Notes under the pieces: generated by a model
Database searches by the model: none
What the model was told of the DNA's origin: nothing
The model's input: only the letters and a program-made list of their open reading frames with translations
Source: Nitrospirota bacterium
GTDB taxonomy: Bacteria; Nitrospirota; Thermodesulfovibrionia; Thermodesulfovibrionales; SM23-35
Assembly (NCBI GenBank): GCA_013388455.1
Contig: JACAFF010000040.1
Span: forward strand, 65,990-129,989
Length of the DNA stretch: 64,000 nt
Reading direction: 5' to 3'
In this document: positions 46,140-56,700 of the stretch, piece by piece
Numbering within the stretch: position 1 is the first letter of the stretch
How the letters are laid out: every line of letters begins with the position of its first letter
Translations under genes and position numbers: made by a program

Positions 46140-47606
46140 ATGGCAAAAAAAAGTAGATTTTTCAATATCAAAACAATTTTTCTAATCATGAGTATTATTA
46201 CAATAATGAGCCCTATTTCTGACTTCACTTTTAACTCATATGTTCATGCAACAGAGACAGGAATACCTTCTAAAACCATAGATATCCTCTCGAAGACAAA
46301 TGAGGCAATAGCAGCTATTGCTGCTGTTGTTAAGCCTTCTGTTGTAAATATATCATCAACAAAAATCATTAGAAGTAAAAGTAACAACTCTTTATTTCCT
46401 GATGATCCGCTATTCAGAAAATTTTTTGATGATAGTTTCAGATTTTTTGAGAGACCAAGACAATTCAAACAGTCATCACTCGGTTCAGGTGTAATTGTTG
46501 ACCAAAGTGGGTATATTCTTACAAATAATCATGTAATTAAAGATGCTGAAGAAATAAAGATCAAATTATTTGATAAAAGAGAATTCACAGGCAAGGTCAT
46601 CGGGACAGACCCTAAAACAGATCTCGCAGTCATCAAGATTGATGCAACTGATTTGCCGGCAATTAAGTTCGGAAACTCTGATAACCTTAAAGTCGGTGAA
46701 ACTGTTCTCGCTATCGGAAATCCATTCGGCCTGAACGAAACAGTAACATCCGGGATTATAAGTGCAATAGGCAGGGCCAACGTAGGAATCGCTGATTATG
46801 AAGATTTCATTCAGACAGACGCGCCTATTAATCCGGGCAATTCTGGTGGAGCTCTTGTCAATATAAAAGGTGAGTTGGTTGGAATCAATACAGCAATTTT
46901 CAGCACAACAGGAGGATATCAGGGGATTGGGTTCGCAATTCCCAGCAACATGGCAAAAGCAGTCATGCAAGATCTAATTCAAAAAGGAAAAGTTGTAAGA
47001 GGATGGCTCGGCGTTACTATACAATCGTTAACTCCGGATTTATCAGAACAATTCGGGATTAAAGATGAAAAAGGTGTTCTTGTAGGAGATGTGATTGAAA
47101 ACAGCCCAGCAAAACAGGCAGGGATAGAAAGAGGAGATGTAATTATTGGGTTTAACGGTAAAAAAGTTGATGATGTAACACAGCTCAAAAATCTTGTGGC
47201 AAATACTCAACCTGGCAAGAAAGTGGCGGTTGAACTGATTCGAGAAGGAAATAGGAAGACATTGATGGTAACAATTTCTGAACTCCCGTCAGAAATTACA
47301 ACAGTAAAAGAATCTTATGATAATCTATTGAAAAATGTCTCTGTTCAGGAACTCTCTCCCAAGTTAAAAAAGCGTCTGAATATACCGGAAAGAATCAACG
47401 GAGTAATAATCACAGATATAGAAGACGATAGTCCAGCAAAAGGTCATTTAGAAAGAGGTGATATAATAATTGAAATAAACAAGGTTCCTATAAACAGTTT
47501 GAAAGATTACGAATCAGTTGTCTCGAAAATTCAAGCTAACGAAGAAATCCTTATTCTTATATCCAGACAGAACTCGACTTTCTTCGTATTGCTATCTGAA
47601 AGATAA
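46140..47606 (+). CDS. htrA: DegP/HtrA-family periplasmic serine protease with two PDZ domains
   Basis: Signal peptide. Catalytic H (TNNHV), D (DLAVIKI), S (GNSGGALVN). Two PDZ regions. Confidence 0.9.
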   Translation: MAKKSRFFNIKTIFLIMSIITIMSPISDFTFNSYVHATETGIPSKTIDILSKTNEAIAAIAAVVKPSVVNISSTKIIRSKSNNSLFPDDPLFRKFFDDSFRFFERPRQFKQSSLGSGVIVDQSGYILTNNHVIKDAEEIKIKLFDKREFTGKVIGTDPKTDLAVIKIDATDLPAIKFGNSDNLKVGETVLAIGNPFGLNETVTSGIISAIGRANVGIADYEDFIQTDAPINPGNSGGALVNIKGELVGINTAIFSTTGGYQGIGFAIPSNMAKAVMQDLIQKGKVVRGWLGVTIQSLTPDLSEQFGIKDEKGVLVGDVIENSPAKQAGIERGDVIIGFNGKKVDDVTQLKNLVANTQPGKKVAVELIREGNRKTLMVTISELPSEITTVKESYDNLLKNVSVQELSPKLKKRLNIPERINGVIITDIEDDSPAKGHLERGDIIIEINKVPINSLKDYESVVSKIQANEEILILISRQNSTFFVLLSER

Positions 47607-47671
47607 CATGAATAACAGATATGACAGAAACATCAGATAGTTTGTCATAAATCGAAAGGTGGTGGCAAAAA

Positions 47672-47839
47672 ATGAAAGCCAGAAAATGTATAAAATGCGA
47701 TAATTCAACACATCAGGAAGATGGTGTATGCGTTATTTGCAGATTAGGGATCAAACAAGTCTACAGCGACTTGATCGACCTTTTAAAAAAGGATAAGAAT
47801 TTCAATTTTCGCAGATTGAAAATTGCAAAAATTGGTTAA
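47672..47839 (+). CDS. Small zinc-ribbon protein (55 aa), not in the ORF track
   Basis: ATG 47672 lies after AAAGGTGGTGG. MKARKCIKCDNSTHQEDGVCVICRLG... has CxxC-x10-CxxC. Short, so only tentative. Confidence 0.35.
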   Translation: MKARKCIKCDNSTHQEDGVCVICRLGIKQVYSDLIDLLKKDKNFNFRRLKIAKIG

Positions 47840-47863
47840 GTAATATGTATTTTTGGTATTTAG

Positions 47864-49297
47864 TTAGAAGAGCCCTTTGATTGCTTCTTTGGCAAAATTT
47901 AAAAGATATGAGGGGAATACTCCAATAAATAACACTGCAACAGTTGTTATTCCAATAACAATTCCAGTGCCTGGAGATTTTGTAAGTGTTACTTCCATCT
48001 TTGGATCACGCATATACATGAACATTACTATTCTGAGATAGAAGAATGCAGATATAGCACTGAAAATAACAGCAATTACAACAAGCCACGTATAACCTGC
48101 GTTGATGGCAGCAAGAAACACATAGAGTTTACCAATAAAGCCTGCTGTTGGAGGTATACCAGTTAGGGAAAACATAAATATAAGCATAAGGGCTGCTGCC
48201 AGTGGATGATGTTTTGCCAGTCCTTCATAATCATGAATATTTTCACCCCTGAAACCCTCGCTTCTCAACATGATAATCACAGAAAACGCGCCAATATTCA
48301 TAAAAGCATAAATCATTAAATAGTTCATCATACTTGCAATGCCTTCATTGTTTGCTGATATTACGCCGAGCAGCGCATATCCCGCATGGGCAATTGAAGA
48401 GTATGCAAGCATCCTCTTTATATTTGTCTGTGAAAGAGCAACAATATTTCCAATACCCATAGTTAGAATTGATAAAATAGCGAGTATTGTTGTCCAGTCC
48501 AATTTAACAGATGCAAAAGCTATCATAAAGACCCTACCAAGAACAGCAAAACCAGCGGCCTTTGGCCCAACCGACATAAATGCAGTTATTGATGTAGGTG
48601 CTCCTTCATAAACATCTGGGGCCCACATATGGAAAGGAGCAGCTGCTATCTTGAAACCGAATGCGACTGTAAGCATAAGCACAGACAGCAACAGAGCTGA
48701 GTTACTACTGAGACCTTCTTTCTCACTGATAAAAGCTGCTATCGCACTGATATCAGTAGTGCCTGTTAATCCGTAAATGATTGATATGCCATACAGCAGG
48801 AAGGCTGATGAAAATGCTCCAAGGAGGAAATACTTCAATGCTGCTTCACTTGAACGTGCTTCATGCCTTATAAAACCAGCCAGCACATATGTGCTTAGAG
48901 CCATAAGCTCAAGGCCAAGATATAGCACAATAAGGTCAGCAGCAGAAGCCATTATCATCATGCCTATAGTCGAAAATAAAATAAGACTGTAATATTCTCC
49001 ATAATTTACTTTTTCGATTATGATATATTTCATTGAGATTAAGACCGACAGAATCACATTGATAAAGAAAATAAATTTAAAGAACATACTATATCCATCA
49101 GCAATATACATTCCTCCAAAGGTAGCACCGGATGAACCAACGAGTGACAATGCTATAAGTGCAACTCCTGCAATACTGACTAATGCAACAATTTCCTTTC
49201 TCTTTATGAGAAGATCAATAAGCAGTATAATCAGAGCAAAAGCAGTCATGAGAATTTCAGGCATTACAGGACCAAGATTGGGAAGAGGAAAGTTCAT
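47864..49297 (-). CDS. nuoN: NADH-quinone oxidoreductase subunit N
   Basis: Proton-antiporter-like, about 14 TM helices. Last gene of the nuo operon. Confidence 0.9.
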   Translation of the reverse strand: MNFPLPNLGPVMPEILMTAFALIILLIDLLIKRKEIVALVSIAGVALIALSLVGSSGATFGGMYIADGYSMFFKFIFFINVILSVLISMKYIIIEKVNYGEYYSLILFSTIGMMIMASAADLIVLYLGLELMALSTYVLAGFIRHEARSSEAALKYFLLGAFSSAFLLYGISIIYGLTGTTDISAIAAFISEKEGLSSNSALLLSVLMLTVAFGFKIAAAPFHMWAPDVYEGAPTSITAFMSVGPKAAGFAVLGRVFMIAFASVKLDWTTILAILSILTMGIGNIVALSQTNIKRMLAYSSIAHAGYALLGVISANNEGIASMMNYLMIYAFMNIGAFSVIIMLRSEGFRGENIHDYEGLAKHHPLAAALMLIFMFSLTGIPPTAGFIGKLYVFLAAINAGYTWLVVIAVIFSAISAFFYLRIVMFMYMRDPKMEVTLTKSPGTGIVIGITTVAVLFIGVFPSYLLNFAKEAIKGLF

Positions 49298-50835
49298 CTG
49301 ATTACTACCTCCATAATAGTTTTTGCTATATTTGCTTCTTGAGTAGTTGCTAAACTGAGCCTTTCTAAAAGATGTTCAACTGAAACATGCATAAAACTAA
49401 GAAAAGAGTTCGGATATAAACCAATCCAGAATACGAGAAATATCAATGGCACAAGTGTTAATGTTTCTCTTACATCCATATCAGGTAATCCAATTACTTT
49501 TGGATTCGTTGCCATAAAGAAAACCTTTTGATAAAGCCAGAGCATGTACCCAGCACCAATAATAACCCCTGTAGCAGCAAGAACACCGACTAACTTATTT
49601 GCAGTAAATCCACCGAGTAGGATAAGAAATTCGCCAATAAATCCATTGGTCAGTGGAAATCCGATTGATGCAAGTGTAAATACCATAAAAAATGCTGCAT
49701 ATATAGGCATATGCGTCGATAGTCCACCATAGTCTGCAATCTGCCTTGAATGCGTCCTATCGTAAACCACACCAACACTCAAAAAGAGTGCACCTGTTAC
49801 AACACCATGATTAAGCATCTGTAAAATACCACCTTCAAGTCCCTGGCTATTTAAGGCAAAAATACCAAGTGTTACAAATCCCATATGACTTACAGAACTA
49901 TATGCAATCAGTCTCTTAAGATCTGTCTGACCGAGGCAGATGACACCTCCGTAAATTATTGCAATGATAGAAAGTGTTAACATAATAGGTGTCATTGCTA
50001 CCGATGCATCAGGGAAAAGATGAAGCGAGAACCTAAGAAAACCATATGCTCCCATCTTGATTAGAATAGCTGCAAGAATGACACTTCCTGCTGTAGGCGC
50101 TTCAGTATGAGCATCAGGCAACCATGTATGCACTGGCCACATTGGAACCTTTACCGCAAAAGCTGCAAAGAACGCCCAGAAAAGCCAAACCTGCATTGTG
50201 TATGGATATGATTTTGTAGCCAGTTCAAGAATGTCAAACGTCCTCCCTGCATAAAGATAGAGAACGATAATTCCGACAAGCATCAGAACACTTCCGACTA
50301 ATGTATAAAGGAAAAACTTTATAGCAGCATATATCCTGTTCGGACCTCCCCAGACTCCGATGATAAGGAACATCGGGATGAGCATTGCTTCCCAGAAAAT
50401 ATAAAACAGGAAAAAATCCAGTGAACAAAAAACACCTATCATCGCTGCTGTCGTTAAGAGGATTGATATGTAAAATTCTTTAACTTTTGTCTTTATTGAA
50501 TACCAGGATATCATCACACAAAGGATAGCTGAAAGAGCAGAAAGAAGAACAAATAAAACACTAATACCATCTACTCCGAGATAATAATTGATATTCCAGT
50601 TAGGTATCCAACTATGTTTCTCCACAAACTGCATCTTATAGGTTGACTTGTCAAAATCTGTAAAAAGTGGAATCGCAAAAAGAAATGTTGCTAAAGCTGT
50701 AATCAAAGCAATCCATTTTGTAAAGGTCTCCCATGATCTTTTAAGAATAAGCAAAAAAAGAGCACCCAAAACAGGTACAAATATCACGGTACTTAGAACC
50801 GGATAACTCAATTTATTCATAATTACCTGTTCCAT
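49294..50835 (-). CDS. nuoM: NADH-quinone oxidoreductase subunit M
   Basis: Mrp/antiporter-like with WLPDAHTEAPTAGSV motif. Position between nuoL and nuoN. Confidence 0.9.
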   Translation of the reverse strand: MEQVIMNKLSYPVLSTVIFVPVLGALFLLILKRSWETFTKWIALITALATFLFAIPLFTDFDKSTYKMQFVEKHSWIPNWNINYYLGVDGISVLFVLLSALSAILCVMISWYSIKTKVKEFYISILLTTAAMIGVFCSLDFFLFYIFWEAMLIPMFLIIGVWGGPNRIYAAIKFFLYTLVGSVLMLVGIIVLYLYAGRTFDILELATKSYPYTMQVWLFWAFFAAFAVKVPMWPVHTWLPDAHTEAPTAGSVILAAILIKMGAYGFLRFSLHLFPDASVAMTPIMLTLSIIAIIYGGVICLGQTDLKRLIAYSSVSHMGFVTLGIFALNSQGLEGGILQMLNHGVVTGALFLSVGVVYDRTHSRQIADYGGLSTHMPIYAAFFMVFTLASIGFPLTNGFIGEFLILLGGFTANKLVGVLAATGVIIGAGYMLWLYQKVFFMATNPKVIGLPDMDVRETLTLVPLIFLVFWIGLYPNSFLSFMHVSVEHLLERLSLATTQEANIAKTIMEVVIR

Positions 50836-50869
50836 CTCACTCCCTTATAAATTTTATAATGTGTCATGT

Positions 50870-52789
50870 CTATAACCATATGAGTGCAATCAAAATAATC
50901 ACAACCGCACCAGCAGCCATCATAATTCCATAATGATGGGTCAGTCCTGTCTGGATTCTCCTTAATTTTCCGCTGAAAATGCCTATCAATTTTGGAACAC
51001 CATTGACAACTCCCTCAATGATCTTTGCATCAGTGAAGCCTACAAGCACCCTTCTTGCTATAAAAATTGTGGGACGCACAATTATTAGATTATAAAGTTC
51101 ATCAACGTAATATTTGTTAAACAGAATGTTGTAAATTATATTGAAATTCTTAGCAAGAATGAGAGGTATCTGTGTCTTTTTAAGATAAAAGATAAAAGCA
51201 ATTACAATACCAGTAACAGCTATAGTTGTTGAAGTACCCATAATCCTGAATTCTTCAGCATGTGTGCCGTGAAACTCTGGATGACCCACTACAGGCTCAA
51301 GAAAATGGGCAAAATGTGCACCGCCTCCGAGGACAGGAGGAATTCCAATCCATCCACCTGCGACAGCACCAACAGCCAGTAATATCAGGGGAACTGTCAT
51401 AACTGCAGGTGACTCGTGTAAATGATGTTCTTCATGGTGAGTCCCGCGGAACTTACTATGGAAAGTAAGGAATATCATCCTGAAAGAGTAAAAAGGAGTA
51501 AAGAAAGCAACACATGTCATCAGGACCCATACAAATTTACTAACATCTGTATGAGCAGCATATGCTGACCATACTATTTCATCCTTGCTGAAGAAACCTG
51601 CCAGTCCAGGTATTCCACCAGCGCTTAGCGCAGCAACGAACATCACAGCGTATGTAATTGGCATGTATTTTTTGAGACCACCCATCCTTTGAACATCATT
51701 GTGATGAACAGCATGTATAACACTCCCTGCACCCAGAAAGAGAAGCGCTTTGAAAAATGCATGAGTATAAAGATGGAATACACCTGCTGCGTATGCACCG
51801 ACGCCGCAAGCAACAAACATCATACCAAGATGGCTTAATGTTGAATATGCAATAATTCTCTTAATATCATTCTGGACACAGGCTATTGTAGCTGCAAATA
51901 CTGATGTAATTCCACCTACAATAGCAACTACATTCATAGCTGTTATGGAAAGACTGAAAATAGAATTACACCTTGCCACCATGAAAACTCCAGCAGTAAC
52001 CATGGTTGCTGCATGGATAAGAGCGCTGACAGGGGTAGGACCCTCCATGGCATCAGGCAACCACACATGGAGTGGAATCTGTGCGGATTTACCAACAGCA
52101 CCACAGAAAAGCAGCAATGCAATTAATGTTATTAAATCTACCTCAAGTCCGAGGAAGTTCACTGTATGACCTATATAATTTTTTACACTTGAGAACACAG
52201 GCTCATAGTGGATTGTACCAAACGTTAAGAATACCATGAATATACCAAGAGCAAATCCAAAATCACCGAACCTATTGACAATAAATGCCTTTTTCCCTGC
52301 ATCTGCTGCTGCTTTCTTTTCATACCAGAAACCAATCAAAAAATATGAGCAGAGACCAACACCCTCCCATCCGACATAAAGCTGAAGGAAGTTATTCGAA
52401 GTTACAAGCATCAGCATAAAGAAAACAAAAAGACTCAAATAAGCAAAGAACCTGTAATATCCCTTGTCCCCGTGCATATATCCAATTGAATATATATGTA
52501 TAAGAGAACCTACACATGTCACTACAATAAGCATCACAGCAGTAAGGGGATCAATAAGGAAACCGATTGATACCTTGAAATTGCCTGAAACTATCCATGT
52601 ATATAAATCTTCATTAAATACTTTTCCGTTGATGACATCGAAAAGAGCGAATACAGACAGGACAAAAGAGCCTATGATGGCAAGACAGGAAGGCCAATGC
52701 GCCTTATCCCTCATAACTTCTTTGCCGAGCAAGATATTAATTATAAAAGCTAATAATGGTAGAAAAGGTATTAAAACATAAGCTCCCAT
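50870..52789 (-). CDS. nuoL: NADH-quinone oxidoreductase subunit L
   Basis: 639 aa, WLPDAMEGPTPVSALIHAATMV motif, and a C-terminal lateral-helix extension. Confidence 0.9.
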   Translation of the reverse strand: MGAYVLIPFLPLLAFIINILLGKEVMRDKAHWPSCLAIIGSFVLSVFALFDVINGKVFNEDLYTWIVSGNFKVSIGFLIDPLTAVMLIVVTCVGSLIHIYSIGYMHGDKGYYRFFAYLSLFVFFMLMLVTSNNFLQLYVGWEGVGLCSYFLIGFWYEKKAAADAGKKAFIVNRFGDFGFALGIFMVFLTFGTIHYEPVFSSVKNYIGHTVNFLGLEVDLITLIALLLFCGAVGKSAQIPLHVWLPDAMEGPTPVSALIHAATMVTAGVFMVARCNSIFSLSITAMNVVAIVGGITSVFAATIACVQNDIKRIIAYSTLSHLGMMFVACGVGAYAAGVFHLYTHAFFKALLFLGAGSVIHAVHHNDVQRMGGLKKYMPITYAVMFVAALSAGGIPGLAGFFSKDEIVWSAYAAHTDVSKFVWVLMTCVAFFTPFYSFRMIFLTFHSKFRGTHHEEHHLHESPAVMTVPLILLAVGAVAGGWIGIPPVLGGGAHFAHFLEPVVGHPEFHGTHAEEFRIMGTSTTIAVTGIVIAFIFYLKKTQIPLILAKNFNIIYNILFNKYYVDELYNLIIVRPTIFIARRVLVGFTDAKIIEGVVNGVPKLIGIFSGKLRRIQTGLTHHYGIMMAAGAVVIILIALIWL

Positions 52790-52838
52790 ATACTCAATCC
52801 TTATACTTCATAATAATATTGAAAGTCCTTAATTTTTA

Positions 52839-53141
52839 TCATCCCTGCATCTCTTTTACTTCATCAACATGTGCAGTCGCCTTATTCCTGAACAAAGCTA
52901 TTACTATAGCTAAACCTATGGCTGCCTCAGCAGCTGCCACTGCAATAATAAAGAAAGCAAGTATTTGTCCCCTCAAATCCTGCAAATAATGGCTGATTGC
53001 GATAAGGTTAATATTGACAGCATTTAGCATCAATTCTATAGACATAAACATCAAAATTATATTCTTTCTCGTAAGGAACCCAAATACACCAATCGTAAAG
53101 ACCGCTGTACTAAGGAACATATACCAGCTTAATGGAACCAT
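52839..53141 (-). CDS. nuoK: NADH-quinone oxidoreductase subunit K
   Basis: 100 aa, 3 TM helices, AAAEAAIGLAI motif. Confidence 0.9.
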   Translation of the reverse strand: MVPLSWYMFLSTAVFTIGVFGFLTRKNIILMFMSIELMLNAVNINLIAISHYLQDLRGQILAFFIIAVAAAEAAIGLAIVIALFRNKATAHVDEVKEMQG

Positions 53142-53144
53142 TTA

Positions 53145-53657
53145 TTAACTTTTAAGCCTCCTTTTTGCAAGCACTATAGCGCCTATAATAGCAATTAAAA
53201 GTATTACTGATACTACTTCAAAAGGATAAAGATACTTGGTATATAATAATTTCCCCAAAACCTTAACATGTGATTCCTGTTGTATCATTTCGATCGTATA
53301 TTTACCAGGTGGAGCAGCTACAAATGACCTCAACGATAAAATAATCATAACAAATAGTGCTAAAGCAAATGTAAAACCTGCTGTCCATGCACCAATGAAT
53401 CTTCCAATTTTAAGCTCTTCAGTTATATTTAATAAGAGAACAACAAAAAGGAAAAGAACAAGTATCCCACCAGCATAAACTATTACCTGTATAGCTGCCA
53501 TAAATTCAGCATTTAAAAATAAATAGATACTGGCTATATGGAAAAACAGCAGGAGCATCCATAGAACACTATGCACAGGGTTTTTCCGAGTTATAACAAG
53601 AATTGATAATATAACGATTGCAGAAGCAAAGTATGCAAAAAATAATACTGGAATCAT
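53145..53657 (-). CDS. nuoJ: NADH-quinone oxidoreductase subunit J
   Basis: 170 aa, 5 TM helices. NPVHSVLWML and QVIVYAGGILVLFLFV motifs. Confidence 0.9.
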   Translation of the reverse strand: MIPVLFFAYFASAIVILSILVITRKNPVHSVLWMLLLFFHIASIYLFLNAEFMAAIQVIVYAGGILVLFLFVVLLLNITEELKIGRFIGAWTAGFTFALALFVMIILSLRSFVAAPPGKYTIEMIQQESHVKVLGKLLYTKYLYPFEVVSVILLIAIIGAIVLAKRRLKS

Positions 53658-54187
53658 GAGCTTTTTCCTTTGAAAGTTGCCTGTCCTGGAGGCATTTCAA
53701 AATCCTCAGATAGAGGCCTCCAGAACTTTCTGAAATATTCCTCGCCTTTTTTGCCCGGCATGTATTTATCCCAGTTAGCCAGAAGTTTCTCCTTTGTCAT
53801 ATATAAATCTTCTTTTTTATATACAGAATATTCATAATTTTCTGTGAGGGATATTGCACCATAAGGACATGCTTCAACACAGAATCCACAAAAAATACAT
53901 CTCAAAATATCTATCTCATACCTTGTTACTTTTCCCTTCTCTCTATAAATTTGAATACATTGAGAAGGGCACATGGTAGCGCAGAGACCACAACCCACGC
54001 ATTTTGCCTGACCAGTCTGAGGATGTTTAACAAGAGCATGCTGTCCTCTGAATCCTGGAGCGATTTGTCTCCGTTCCTTTGGATACTGGATAGTGACTGC
54101 ATGAGAGAACAACCTGCTTAGTGTTAAAGCCATTCCCTTAAGTATTTCGTAAAATGTGATCTTCTTCACGAACTGTTTAACAGTCAC
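53654..54187 (-). CDS. nuoI: NADH-quinone oxidoreductase subunit I (2 x [4Fe-4S])
   Basis: CVGCGLCATMCP and CIFCGFCVEACP motifs. Confidence 0.9.
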   Translation of the reverse strand: MTVKQFVKKITFYEILKGMALTLSRLFSHAVTIQYPKERRQIAPGFRGQHALVKHPQTGQAKCVGCGLCATMCPSQCIQIYREKGKVTRYEIDILRCIFCGFCVEACPYGAISLTENYEYSVYKKEDLYMTKEKLLANWDKYMPGKKGEEYFRKFWRPLSEDFEMPPGQATFKGKSS

Positions 54188-54199
54188 ACTTTTCTCCTT

Positions 54200-55222
54200 T
54201 TATAAAATAAGCTTTACTAACCCTGTAACAACTATATTAGCCAATGCCACGGGAATCAATATTTTCCATCCTATAGCCATTAGCTGATCATACCTGTATC
54301 TTGGCACAGTCGCTCTTATCCAATAATAGAAGAATATAAATGCATAAACTTTAATCAAAAACCAGACTATTCCTGGCACATGCGATAGAAATGGTAAAAT
54401 TTTAATAATATACCATGGTAACGTCCATCCCCCGAGGAAACATACTGCACATAGAGAAGACATAATAAACATTGCAATATACTCGCCAAGGAAGAAAAGG
54501 GCAAAACGGAAACCACTATATTCAACAAAATAACCTGCAACAAGTTCACTTTCTGCTTCTGGCAAGTCAAAAGGAGTTCTATTTGTTTCGGCAACTGCTG
54601 CAATCACAAAGATTATAAAAGCAACAAATTGAGGGATCACATACATGCCAAATATTGAATTTTGCTGTGCCTTTACTATCTCATTCAAATTAAGAGAACC
54701 TGCCATAATCATCACTCCGACAAGGCTCAATCCCATTGCTATTTCGTAACTCAGAACTTGTGCAGATGAACGCAAACCACCTATAAAAGCATATTTAGAG
54801 TTTGATGCCCATCCTGATATAAATATCCCATATACACCAATTCCTGCTATAGCGAAAATGAAGAGTAATCCTACGTTGATATCAGCAATAAAGAAATTCT
54901 GAGAAAAGGGTATAACAGAGAGATTTACCATAGCAGAAGCCATAAATATAACCGGGGCAAGATAAAATACAGCCTTGTCCGAATTTGCAGGAAGTATGTC
55001 TTCCTTAAAGAATAATTTTACTCCGTCAGCAATAGGCTGAAGAAGTCCATGAGGACCAACACGCATAGGGCCGAGCCTTACCTGCATGTGCCCAATTACT
55101 TTTCGTTCAAAATATGTTGCATATGCTACATGGAGAAGGGTTACTCCAAGAACAACTGCAATTTTGACAATAATAATAAGAACTTCAATACCGAATTTGA
55201 TCAATGTATCAGTTGTTATCAT
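54200..55222 (-). CDS. nuoH: NADH-quinone oxidoreductase subunit H
   Basis: RKVIGHMQVRLGPMRVGP.GLLQPIADG.KL signature; 8 TM helices. Confidence 0.95.
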   Translation of the reverse strand: MITTDTLIKFGIEVLIIIVKIAVVLGVTLLHVAYATYFERKVIGHMQVRLGPMRVGPHGLLQPIADGVKLFFKEDILPANSDKAVFYLAPVIFMASAMVNLSVIPFSQNFFIADINVGLLFIFAIAGIGVYGIFISGWASNSKYAFIGGLRSSAQVLSYEIAMGLSLVGVMIMAGSLNLNEIVKAQQNSIFGMYVIPQFVAFIIFVIAAVAETNRTPFDLPEAESELVAGYFVEYSGFRFALFFLGEYIAMFIMSSLCAVCFLGGWTLPWYIIKILPFLSHVPGIVWFLIKVYAFIFFYYWIRATVPRYRYDQLMAIGWKILIPVALANIVVTGLVKLIL

Positions 55223-56700
55223 TATCTATCACACTCTCCAAGAACTATATCAATTGTTCCTATATTTGCTATAACATCTGCAACCAGATGTCCTACACAG
55301 AGTCTCGGTAAAACACCTGCATGGACAAACGATGGTGCTCTTACTCTCATTCTGTAAGGTTTTCCTGATCCATCACTAACAAAATAAAAACCCAATTCGC
55401 CCTTCGGCACTTCGGTTGCTACATATACGTCTCCCTCTGGCACCCTTGGACCTTTCTTAATATAATTAAAATGCTCTGCAAGTAATTCAGTAGCCTTTTT
55501 AATCTCTTCTGGAACTGGTTGACTTGATAGCTCGGCAAGTTTTTCATCGCTAAGGCCCTTTCCACCTGGAATAATCTTTAATGCCTTGAACTTACATGTC
55601 ACATAACAGTTCATGCAGCTCAAACATAACTCCTGATTTATCTTATGCGGTTTTTTCTTTTCACCAGTAATTGCCTTAGCAGGGCAAGCTCTGAGGCACA
55701 TCCCACATCCCTTGCATACCTTTTCTTCAATAAAAAATGCATGCTGCTTGTTTGGATTAGTAACTGGCATCATTGCGTCTTTTGGCTGAAGGACAAACTT
55801 TGGAGCATCTGCCATTATAGGACCTGGAGGTAATTTATCGAGGCATTGTCTGATGATCATATTCGATTGTCTCATTTCAAGCATCCTGCAACGGTATCTA
55901 TCATATGTATCACCAGCAGTACCAATAGGGACTTCAAATTCAATCTTATCGTATGCGTCATACGGAGCAAATTTTCTCACATCATAAGCTACTCCCGATC
56001 CTCTCAATGTTGGACCAGTCAGTCCCCAGTTTACTGCTTCCTCTGCCGATATAACTCCTATCCCAACTGTTCTCTTAAGCCATATCCTATTCTGGTCAAT
56101 CAGGGTTTCATATTCCAGAATCCTTGACGGAAACTCTTCTGTAAATTTATACAGGCTATCTATAAATTCCTTTGAAATATCATTCCTAACTCCGCCGATT
56201 CTCGGATAAGTAACTGTAAGTCTTGCGCCGCAAATCTTCTCAAAGAGCTCAAGTATCCATTCCCTTTCTCTGAAGCAATACAAAAATACAGTCATTGCCC
56301 CGATATCGAGAGCATGAGTAGCAAGCCAGAGGAGATGGTTCGATATCCTGGACATCTCTCCAACGATGGTCCTGATGAATTTAGCCCTTTCAGGTGCCTC
56401 AATTCCAAACAGCTTTTCTACTGCTACACAATATCCGATATTGTTTGACATTGCCGAAACATAATCCATCCTGTCTGTCAATGGAAGCGCCTGAAAATAA
56501 CTCAGACTTTCTCCAAGTTTCTCGATACCACGATGTAGATAACCAACATAGGGGGTTACTTTTACAATTGTCTCGCCATCTATTTCAAGAACAAGCCTCA
56601 AAACTCCATGAGTAGCAGGGTGCTGAGGCCCCATATTTACATTCAGTTCACGAGTCTCAAATATCTTTTCAGCCTGTTCCACTTTATCCTTCCCACTCAA
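55222..56700 (-). CDS. nuoD: NADH-quinone oxidoreductase subunit D carrying an internal ~90-aa ferredoxin-like (8-Cys) insertion
   Basis: The flanks are canonical NuoD ([15 protein letters not shown] ... [25 protein letters not shown] ... [10 protein letters not shown]). Residues ~311-402 contain [12 protein letters not shown] and [11 protein letters not shown]. 492 aa total. Confidence 0.9.
   Translation of the reverse strand: MSGKDKVEQAEKIFETRELNVNMGPQHPATHGVLRLVLEIDGETIVKVTPYVGYLHRGIEKLGESLSYFQALPLTDRMDYVSAMSNNIGYCVAVEKLFGIEAPERAKFIRTIVGEMSRISNHLLWLATHALDIGAMTVFLYCFREREWILELFEKICGARLTVTYPRIGGVRNDISKEFIDSLYKFTEEFPSRILEYETLIDQNRIWLKRTVGIGVISAEEAVNWGLTGPTLRGSGVAYDVRKFAPYDAYDKIEFEVPIGTAGDTYDRYRCRMLEMRQSNMIIRQCLDKLPPGPIMADAPKFVLQPKDAMMPVTNPNKQHAFFIEEKVCKGCGMCLRACPAKAITGEKKKPHKINQELCLSCMNCYVTCKFKALKIIPGGKGLSDEKLAELSSQPVPEEIKKATELLAEHFNYIKKGPRVPEGDVYVATEVPKGELGFYFVSDGSGKPYRMRVRAPSFVHAGVLPRLCVGHLVADVIANIGTIDIVLGECDR

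Noticed and set aside
46566-46970. 134-aa and neighbouring minus-strand ORFs inside htrA
   Set aside because: They are shadow ORFs antisense to a protease gene with an intact catalytic triad, and they contain no recognisable motifs.
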